A stretch of 64,000 nt of DNA from Chloroflexota bacterium (lineage in GTDB: Bacteria > Chloroflexota > Dehalococcoidia > JACVQG01), in assembly GCA_016210545.1 (NCBI GenBank), contig JACQTY010000103.1, positions 194 to 64,193 of the forward strand, in the 5' to 3' direction. A model generated the notes under the pieces. It made no database searches. It saw only the letters and a program-made list of their open reading frames with translations, and was not told the DNA's origin. Every line of letters starts with the position of its first letter. Positions within the stretch are counted from its first letter, which is position 1. Below are positions 57,554 to 64,000 of the stretch, in pieces. The position numbers and the translations under genes were made by a program.

Positions 57554-58702
57554 CTACCTGTTCCACAACTTGACCAGGTACTTGTCGGCGAACAGCTTCG
57601 CCTGCTCGTTCATCATGTCATCCGTCAGCGTTAGCAGCTTCGTATCCACTTTGGCCGCTGGCGGCGTGAAATTCGGTACATCTTTCCTCACCGAGCTGCT
57701 GGCCTTGGCCTCGGCGTTCACTTGTTGTCCCTCTTGAGTGAACAACCAGTTCAGGAACACTCTGGTCGCATTGGGGTGGGGGTTGTCCTTCACCTGCCCG
57801 ATGCCCATCACCAGGGCTACCACACCCTCTTTCATGGAAACCGCCTTTATCGGCGCGCCGGCTTTTACCAGAGATGCCGCATCCGAGTCGACCATGAAAA
57901 GAGACAGGGCGCGCTGCCCCTGGGCCAGCAACTGGGTCTCCTGCTGCACACCCGTGGTAAACCTGATATCCTGATTCGCGAACTGGCGCAACGCGTCTTC
58001 GGTGAAAACCCCGTACCTGACATAACCCACCAAACGGTAAGCGCCGGTGCTGATGGCGGGGTCGGTGGCCATCATCTGGCCCTTCCATTTCGGCTGAAGG
58101 AGGTCCGCCCAGCTCTTGGGCTCGTCACCCGGCTTGACCATGTTGGTATTGATGTAAGGAGGACCCACCAGAGGCATGAATGCCAGTATGACCCCATCCT
58201 TGTCCTGGGACAGCGGCTCCACCGCCCAGACCCCCTTTTCCCCTAATGCCGGCAAACCCTTGGCGCTCGCCGTCATGGTCTCGGCCACCCGGGCGTTGGT
58301 CAAATGAGTCACGGACCCCTCGAACACGTCCGCCGTCATGGCGCCCATCCTCTTCTCGGTCTTCATCCGTTCGACGAATTCCGCGCCGCGGCCCGTTATT
58401 ATGTCCAGGTCAATCCCATACCGGCTCTTGAAGGCCCTCGACATCGCCACACCGGTATCTCCGACCCAGGTATAGCCGTAGACAGTTACCTTGCCTTCCT
58501 TTTTCCCGGCCTGGACCACCTTGTCCCAGGCAGCCTGCTCCGGAGAAGTCTGGGGGGCGCTGACAGGCGCGGCCGCAGTCCTTGCCGGCGCCGGCACGGC
58601 AGGAGCGGGAGCCGGCGGGGGCGCGCAGGCAGCAAGCATCAGAGCGACCAAGGTGGACACAATACCGAGCAGAGCCAATAACTTCTTCATCTTTCGCCTC
58701 AA
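57554..58702 (-). CDS. ABC-transporter substrate-binding lipoprotein (family 1), paralog A, orphan
   Basis: Signal/lipobox LAACAPP, a Pro/Ala linker, and SBP fold homologous to 10475-11617 and 61228-62364. C-terminus FADKYLVKLWNR. Confidence 0.8.
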   Translation of the reverse strand: MRRKMKKLLALLGIVSTLVALMLAACAPPPAPAPAVPAPARTAAAPVSAPQTSPEQAAWDKVVQAGKKEGKVTVYGYTWVGDTGVAMSRAFKSRYGIDLDIITGRGAEFVERMKTEKRMGAMTADVFEGSVTHLTNARVAETMTASAKGLPALGEKGVWAVEPLSQDKDGVILAFMPLVGPPYINTNMVKPGDEPKSWADLLQPKWKGQMMATDPAISTGAYRLVGYVRYGVFTEDALRQFANQDIRFTTGVQQETQLLAQGQRALSLFMVDSDAASLVKAGAPIKAVSMKEGVVALVMGIGQVKDNPHPNATRVFLNWLFTQEGQQVNAEAKASSSVRKDVPNFTPPAAKVDTKLLTLTDDMMNEQAKLFADKYLVKLWNR

Positions 58703-58984
58703 TTCTTGTCTCGCCTGCCCGGAGACTGTCGCTAACCCGGACCCGGCTGACTAAAAGTAATTGCACTCATTCTATCATTTCTCGGCGTTTTGTAAAGCCC
58801 GACCATGGCGCTCGTTTGGGTGCAGCCCCACGGCCAACTGCAAGACAGGGCAAGAGACGCCGAGACAAGGGGGTCCAGACATCGTGTACTCAGGGCCGAG
58901 AAACCCGGGGATGGGGCAAGTCGGGGTTCTGTCGCCGCCTGGGCCAGAAGTGGCCCCGCTGCAGTGGGGCCACTTCTGGCCAGT

Positions 58985-59043
58985 AGCATGTAACGTTTGC
59001 TGTTGATACTGGTGGCACCCCGACTTGTCGGGGCCTGTGCGGT
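58985..59043 (+). ncRNA. copy 2 of the conserved motif plus GC hairpin
   Basis: AGTAGCATGTAACGTTTGCTGTTGATACTGGTGGCAC followed by CCCCGA-cttg-TCGGGG flanked by GCAC...GTGC. Compare copy 1 at 27235-27292, which has 31/35 identical motif positions and compensatory stem changes. Confidence 0.4.
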
Positions 59044-59086
59044 AGCGACAAAGATGCTGCTACAAGGTATTAGGCGTATAGCCTTC

Positions 59087-59629
59087 TCAACCGACGTGAG
59101 GCGGGACAGGCGGCGGTTCGTTGGGGCCTTTCCAGTCGGGGGAAGTCTCCGATTGCACCTTCAGGTTACCCGTGGCATCCCAGAACGGATTGAATATGAA
59201 AGCGAGCCACTCCGACGGCTTGTCCGATAGGTTGAAGTGCTGGTGCTCGCAGCCACCAGGCTTCATGGGCAGCAGGATCAGGTCGTCCTTCTCCCAGTCA
59301 AACCGGACTCCGTCCACTACCGAGTAGCCCTTGCCCTCCAGCACGAACAGGCCGAGACCACCCTGATGGGTGTGCCTGCCCCCTTGTTTCTTGATATAGT
59401 GGACGAACAAGGACCAACCGGGGGCCGCCAGGCTGCGCCAGTTCTTAGGATGGGTGTAGAAGTGGATCAGCCCCTGCCGGTTCTGCTCCCAGGGAACATC
59501 CTTTCCCTTCACTACGATAGTGCCCTTCTCCCCTTGCTCCCTTCTTACCCGGTAGTACTCCTGCAGGTATTCGAATACGAGTTCCTGAGGTTCGGGCTCT
59601 TTGCGACGTTCGACAACTCTTTCAGTCAC
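59087..59629 (-). CDS. cupin domain protein (copy B)
   Basis: GTG start (VTERVVERRKEPEP) preceded by AGGAGGA. Same cupin motifs as copy A. The track ORF start at 59791 is an out-of-frame-looking 5' extension. Confidence 0.7.
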   Translation of the reverse strand: MTERVVERRKEPEPQELVFEYLQEYYRVRREQGEKGTIVVKGKDVPWEQNRQGLIHFYTHPKNWRSLAAPGWSLFVHYIKKQGGRHTHQGGLGLFVLEGKGYSVVDGVRFDWEKDDLILLPMKPGGCEHQHFNLSDKPSEWLAFIFNPFWDATGNLKVQSETSPDWKGPNEPPPVPPHVG

Positions 59630-59640
59630 AATTCCTCCTA

Positions 59641-59781
59641 CTATCTGTTTGCAAGGCCAACGGCTTGACGGTTCCACAGCTTGACCAGGTACTTGGCGCT
59701 GAACAACGTGGCGTACTCGTTCAGCATGTCGGCGGTGAGCACCAACAGTTTGGTCTGCACCTGAGCAGCGGGTAGGCTCAT
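59641..59781 (-). pseudogene. remnant of an SBP gene (C-terminal 46 codons retaining an RBS and ATG)
   Basis: Translates to MSLPAAQVQTKLLVLTADMLNEYATLFSAKYLVKLWNRQAVGLANR*. This aligns to the SBP-A C-terminus ...AKVDTKLLTLTDDMMNEQAKLFADKYLVKLWNR*. The nucleotide sequence also parallels 57554-57640. Confidence 0.6.
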
Positions 59782-60206
59782 TTCCTCTCATATCGAGTAA
59801 TCGCGATAACCTGGCCTCTTGACCCTCTCGGCTCAGGAGGCCAGGTTGCCCCTATTATAAAGGCGCAGTCTCCGGCTTGGCAATAGGGAGAACGTCCAAA
59901 ATCCACCACCCGTTGAATCTTGGCAAAACAGCATCTTTTTCACCAAATTGGTGCAGCAACTGTCTTGGAGAGGCCGCTATGACCTCTCCCTTTGGAAAAG
60001 GGAGACTGAGAGGGATAATGATGGCGGATTAAGAACGTACTGTCACACGCGGGTTATGGGGGATTACGAAGAGGCTGGCAAGTCGTTGGAACCACTACGT
60101 AGAGACGCGCAGGCCAGATCAATGCGCGGTTCAGCCCTGCGGACCGGGCAAGGCCGTCCTATGACGGTCACTGAGCAGATATAGTGGAGCTGCCATCCGA
60201 CAAAAC

Positions 60207-60244
60207 AGGAAGTCCAGGCCCAATAAATTGGGCCTGGACTTCCT
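60207..60244 (-). terminator. rho-independent terminator downstream of the amidohydrolase gene
   Basis: Perfect 16-bp stem AGGAAGTCCAGGCCCA-ataaa-TTGGGCCTGGACTTCCT. On the minus strand it is followed by GTTTTGT. Confidence 0.6.
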
Positions 60245-60306
60245 AAATCTCTGTTCTGCGCGTTACCCACGGCGACGGACAAGACCGGTTCTCCTGGGTA
60301 CCGTCT

Positions 60307-61149
60307 TTACATACCGAACAGACGCATCGTGTTCTTGTAGAATACCTTCTCCCTGGCCTCGTCGCGCATGGGGAACTTCATGAAAGCATCGAGCATAGCC
60401 TTCATCGAGTGCACCGGGTACGCCGAGGCATAAAGCAAGGAGTCCTCGAGAGCGTTATTGGCCGCTTCCAGGTAGAGATTGCCGTTGGGCAGAAAGATGT
60501 AGATGTCGGGCATAATGAAAACGTTGTTGTAGCGGAAGCCCAGGGCTATCATCTCCATCACCCAGGGGTAGCCCCCGTGCACCACAGCGATATTGAGTTT
60601 GGGGAAGTCCTTGGCAACCTGCTCGATGGTCCGGGGATGGCCCCATTCGATGCCCTCTCCGATGAAAGGAGTATCCAGAAGAAATACCGGGACCCGAAGC
60701 TCCTGGCACTTATCGTACATTGGGTAGAGGCGCGGGGCATTGAACTGCATGGGAGGACGGACGACCCCCGGCTCCATGCACACGCCCTTGAGCCCCAGGA
60801 CTTTGATGGACCGCTCGATCTCCGGCAGCGCCTTGTGCAAGGTGTTCGAAGGGTCTATCCCGGCCACTCCTATGAGTTTGTCAGGATATTTATTGACCAG
60901 GTCCGCAATGTGATCGTTGGAGACCTGGGCGCCGGGGACGCCCGGCGTGTTGCGGTGGCAGACGACAGCCTTGCTGAGTCCCGCCTCATCGAACTCCTTC
61001 CACCACATGTTCAGGTCGTGGGTCAGCATCGACTTAGGCTGCTCCCAGCGGGCCACCCGCGCCGAGATCACCTTCTTGTACCACCCCGATTCGAACATCC
61101 CCGTGGACTCCGGCGTCGGCGGCCGGTTCCTGGCATCTATTATCATCAT
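60307..61149 (-). CDS. amidohydrolase-2 (PF04909-like) TIM-barrel protein, non-canonical N-terminal metal site
   Basis: 280 aa with the ACMSD/LigW-like fold features (VVHGGYPW, FIMPDIYI). The N-terminal strand reads IIDARNRP instead of the usual IDxHxH. Confidence 0.65.
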   Translation of the reverse strand: MMIIDARNRPPTPESTGMFESGWYKKVISARVARWEQPKSMLTHDLNMWWKEFDEAGLSKAVVCHRNTPGVPGAQVSNDHIADLVNKYPDKLIGVAGIDPSNTLHKALPEIERSIKVLGLKGVCMEPGVVRPPMQFNAPRLYPMYDKCQELRVPVFLLDTPFIGEGIEWGHPRTIEQVAKDFPKLNIAVVHGGYPWVMEMIALGFRYNNVFIMPDIYIFLPNGNLYLEAANNALEDSLLYASAYPVHSMKAMLDAFMKFPMRDEAREKVFYKNTMRLFGM

Positions 61150-61227
61150 GGCTCAGATACTCCTTTCAAACTTTACTCGGCTGTCCGCCTTCATTGGAAC
61201 TAAGGCATTGTCTGGACCGGTCGGGAT

Positions 61228-62364
61228 TCATTGCCCGCCGAACAATTTGTCCAGTTCTCTCTCGCGCTGCACGCGTGCTGTCTCCAATTGGTCGCTCAGG
61301 TCCATATCTATGACCTTCTTCGGCTTCACGACAGCGTCCTGTGGGACGAACTGAGGAACGTCGGAGCGCACGGGGATGAGGCTCTTCGCCTCGCCGTATA
61401 CCCGCTGGCCCGGGTTGGAGAGCACCCAGTTGGCGAAGAGCCGGGCAGCGTTGGGGTGGGGGGCGTTCTTCACTATGCTTATCCCCGAGGACAGGCTGGA
61501 GACGAGACCCTCCTCCATGTATAGCGCCCGCACCGGCGCTCCCTTTGAGATCGTGTCGCCGAAAACTGTGGCCGAAAGCTCGGGGGCGATAGCCCGTTCG
61601 CCAATGGAGACAATCTGAATAGAGTCTCTAATGCTGGGCGCTATCTTAAGATCGTTGGCCGCCAGCCGGCGGAACCAGTTATCATCCAGTCCTAGCTGGC
61701 TGCGCTTGACATACAAGTATATTATGTTCGGGGTTGTTGCGGGAGCGGCGACGACTGCCTTCCCCTTCCACTTAGGCTCTATCAGTTCCTTGAAGGTGCG
61801 GGGCTCCTCCCCGGGCTTGATGAGTTTGGAGTTTATGAACGGCGTGCTCAGGGACACCGACCAGGCAAAGACGTGCCCCTCCACATCCACACGGGGAAAA
61901 GAATACCAGACGTTGCTTTCAGCCAGGACCGGCAGGTTACCCGCGGCCTCAGTAAGTCCGGCCGCCTTGGCCTGTATCAGGATAGACACAGCGGTATCGA
62001 ACGTATCAGCTATGTCCTTCTTGGCGGCTTTCTCGCTTTTTAGCCTCTCCAGCAACTGGGACCCCAGCCCGGTCACGAATTCCAGGCGGATGCCGTATGC
62101 ATCCTCAAAAGCCCTGGCCACCTTCTGCCCCGGGTCCCCCGGCAAATTGAAGGTGTACATAGTCAGGCGGCCCTCCCGCTTTGCGGCGGCTACGGTCCTG
62201 GCCCAGGCGTCGTCCTGAGCAGTCGAACGAACAGCCTCGGGGGACGGTGATGCCGCCGGAGAAGACGGCGTTACGGCGGGAGGCGGCGGAGGGGCAGCCG
62301 CGGGGGCGCAGGCCACTAGCGCCAGCATAAGGACCGGGAGGATGAACCAGGCGGACTTGCGCAT
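61228..62364 (-). CDS. ABC-transporter substrate-binding lipoprotein (family 1), paralog C, orphan
   Basis: Start at MRKSAWFILPVLMLALVACAPAAAPPPPP, Pro/Ala linker and SBP fold. The track ORF start at 62505 is a 5' extension. Confidence 0.8.
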   Translation of the reverse strand: MRKSAWFILPVLMLALVACAPAAAPPPPPAVTPSSPAASPSPEAVRSTAQDDAWARTVAAAKREGRLTMYTFNLPGDPGQKVARAFEDAYGIRLEFVTGLGSQLLERLKSEKAAKKDIADTFDTAVSILIQAKAAGLTEAAGNLPVLAESNVWYSFPRVDVEGHVFAWSVSLSTPFINSKLIKPGEEPRTFKELIEPKWKGKAVVAAPATTPNIIYLYVKRSQLGLDDNWFRRLAANDLKIAPSIRDSIQIVSIGERAIAPELSATVFGDTISKGAPVRALYMEEGLVSSLSSGISIVKNAPHPNAARLFANWVLSNPGQRVYGEAKSLIPVRSDVPQFVPQDAVVKPKKVIDMDLSDQLETARVQRERELDKLFGGQ

Positions 62365-62768
62365 AGAGTCAGACCCCCTCCTCACTTGTTCATGAGGGCA
62401 ATTGCAAAGCGGGTAAAGCCTGTTTGTAAGGAAATAAGATGGCCCGATTATAGCACAGTTTTGGGTGTTGTAAAGCGCGCCGAGAGAGAAAAATCTGCGG
62501 GACACTTAGCAGGTGGCAAAATGCCCCGTGTCAAATCGTTCAACAAGTAACCCAACGGCTTCCGGAGGGCGAATATCGTTACGACGGAATAGAGCATCCC
62601 TACCCTTTAGTGTGGGCTAAAAGCAGTTTTCCCTATACTTTTGGGCATGCTAATCTCGCTCTTTATTGTAGTGTTGAAAACCACCCCCAGGCATATGGCA
62701 CATACACCACCATAGTGGCAAAATAGTAGTAGGCGAGGCGCTTAATCAAACTCGGAGGTAAGAGAATC

Positions 62769-63779
62769 GTGATTAAAAGGCATAAACTGGTATTCATGGT
62801 GCTGGCAATATTAGCAGTCGGGGTATTCCTGTTGAGCGCTTGCCAGGGGGCTGTAGGTCCAGCGGGGCCTCCCGGAGCACAAGGGCCAGCTGGGCCATCT
62901 GGCGCCCCTGGAAAAGCTGGTGTTGCCGGAGAACGCGGCCCGGCGGGGCCAGCCGGTCCTGCCGGCCCGGCGGGTCCTGCCGGAGCAGCGGGGAAAGCCG
63001 GGGAAAGGGGACCTGCAGGACCAGCCCCAACCCCGGCTGCGCCCGCTGTTTCCATGCCTATGACAGGCGCCATGCCTGCCGGCGGCGCGATGCCATCCGC
63101 GGCCTTAATAGCCGAGGGCAAAGCTGCGTATGCCAAGAGTTGCGCCGCATGCCACGGAGCCAACGGTGAAGGCACGGCTATAGCGCCTATGGTGGCTGGC
63201 CACAGTATCACAGCGGTAAAAATCCAGGTGAGAACCCCTATAGGAAAGATGCCAGCATTTCCGCAAGCCCAACTTAGCGATACGGATTTGGATAAAGTAG
63301 CAACCTTTATTCGCAGCCTGGGACCGGCCGCAAGCCCTGTTCTGGCCTGGGAGAAGGCCGCTCCGGAAACCATGCATCTATGGATGTTTCTACTCGCCAT
63401 CAAAACTAATGAAATTGCCGATGCGAAGCAGCACCTTCAGGATGCCCTGACTTTAATTAAGGAGCCACAACATAAGACCGAGATGGATAAAGCGTTGGAC
63501 TTGCTGAATAAAGGCAACCTTCACGATGCAGAGCACGAGATTGAGGAAATGGCTGGATCTGAAGCCCCGTCCGGTGTGACTTTGCAGCGGTTTCATCTCA
63601 CCCTGGCGATGAACGCTAACGACGCCAAGAGCGCGGCGGAGGTCAAGAAACATCTGGAGCGGTTTGCATTGAAGGCTACCGATAAGCAGAAAGCCATTGT
63701 GGAGGAGACCCTGGAGCTAATCGCCAAAAATGATTTCCACGAGGCCGAGCATGAGATTGAGGAGCTGCTACAAAGTTAG
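62769..63779 (+). CDS. lipoprotein fusing a collagen-like (GXY)20 tract, a class I c-type cytochrome domain and a His/Glu-rich helical repeat domain
   Basis: Signal plus lipobox LLSAC. 20 uninterrupted Gly-X-Y triplets ([12 protein letters not shown]...GERGPAGPA). Heme-binding CAACHG with a downstream IGKMPAF (Met ligand). Two roughly 55-aa repeats ending in [10 protein letters not shown] / [18 protein letters not shown] 10 nt before the GTG. Confidence 0.75.
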   Translation: MIKRHKLVFMVLAILAVGVFLLSACQGAVGPAGPPGAQGPAGPSGAPGKAGVAGERGPAGPAGPAGPAGPAGAAGKAGERGPAGPAPTPAAPAVSMPMTGAMPAGGAMPSAALIAEGKAAYAKSCAACHGANGEGTAIAPMVAGHSITAVKIQVRTPIGKMPAFPQAQLSDTDLDKVATFIRSLGPAASPVLAWEKAAPETMHLWMFLLAIKTNEIADAKQHLQDALTLIKEPQHKTEMDKALDLLNKGNLHDAEHEIEEMAGSEAPSGVTLQRFHLTLAMNANDAKSAAEVKKHLERFALKATDKQKAIVEETLELIAKNDFHEAEHEIEELLQS

Positions 63780-63840
63780 CTTCCGATTATATGAAATGAC
63801 CCGATGCGGGCCGAGAGTTACTAACCGAGCGTGACACGGC

Positions 63841-63885
63841 AAACGGGCTGCCACCAGGTATTGTGGGCTGGCCCGTTTTTCCTTT
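63841..63885 (+). terminator. candidate rho-independent terminator after the collagen-cytochrome gene
   Basis: AAACGGGC...GCCCGTTTTTCCTTTG: a GC stem with a 22-nt loop followed by a T-tract. Confidence 0.4.
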
Positions 63886-64000
63886 GTCGAAGGACATAAC
63901 GATAGGGGGTTATGCTACAATTTTCCCTCAGGATCCCCTGAGAGAGGACTGCATACACCTATTACCGTTGCGTTTTGCGGGCCACAATATTTTGAGTTAA

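Noticed and set aside
58997-59230. Small + strand ORF starting right after motif copy 2, in the same relative position as the methyltransferase start after copy 1
   Set aside because: It overlaps the cupin B coding region on the opposite strand and has an Arg/Leu-rich low-complexity translation. It is probably spurious, though it is the reason copy 2 looks like a degenerate leader.
62862-63030. Short periodic nucleotide repeats that could suggest a CRISPR or tandem repeat array
   Set aside because: They have a 9-nt periodicity coding for Gly-Pro-Ala collagen-like triplets inside a clear ORF, with no spacer-repeat structure.

Overview
This 64-kb window reads as a bacterial chromosomal segment at about 58-60% GC, with frequent TTG/GTG starts and a Chloroflexota-like GroEL; lineage is not assignable from sequence alone. 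It has four parts. (1) 1-15.3 kb is a conserved housekeeping block on the minus strand: ispG(partial)-rseP-dxr-cdsA-uppS, an acyl-CoA dehydrogenase, frr, a Cys-rich hypothetical where pyrH is expected, tsf-rpsB, hslU without hslV, an orphan family-1 SBP, then a CIRCE-controlled groES-groEL and an M16 peptidase. (2) 15.5-47 kb is a single-strand (+) island of about 32 kb for an elaborate surface glycoconjugate, and it is the most unusual system in the window. It holds five paralogous cobalamin(B12)-binding radical SAM enzymes, one split by an in-frame TAG. It also holds three class-I SAM methyltransferases, a GDP-mannose 4,6-dehydratase/cupin/DegT amino-deoxyhexose module, a second DegT plus NeuB-like synthase, NeuD-like acetyltransferase and NeuA/PseF-like cytidylyltransferase (nonulosonic acid module), and a CDP-alcohol phosphatidyltransferase. 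The rest comprises a TagF-like GT-B enzyme, two GT4 glycosyltransferases, a Wzx flippase, a large polytopic membrane protein, a tandem-duplicated PBP lipoprotein, a fused MNT-HepT (nucleotidyltransferase-HEPN) gene that displaced a second cytidylyltransferase, a thymidylate-kinase-like protein and a PF14907-like nucleotidyltransferase. The island is compositionally mosaic, with lower-GC segments at 33.8-35.4 kb and 38.1-41.6 kb, and contains several strongly structured intergenic elements. (3) 47-55 kb holds a minus-strand DUF1858/DUF59/hemerythrin/DUF2249/GATase1 operon, an MBL-fold hydrolase, an ABC-2 exporter with a secreted repeat-domain protein, and a membrane protein and a coiled-coil lipoprotein. 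(4) 55-64 kb holds an NDP-forming acyl-CoA synthetase-like gene, a triplicated orphan-SBP module (SBP+cupin, SBP-remnant+cupin, SBP+amidohydrolase) and a lipoprotein fusing a collagen-like (GXY)20 tract to a c-type cytochrome domain. All functions are inferred from motifs read in the translations; no database searches were run.
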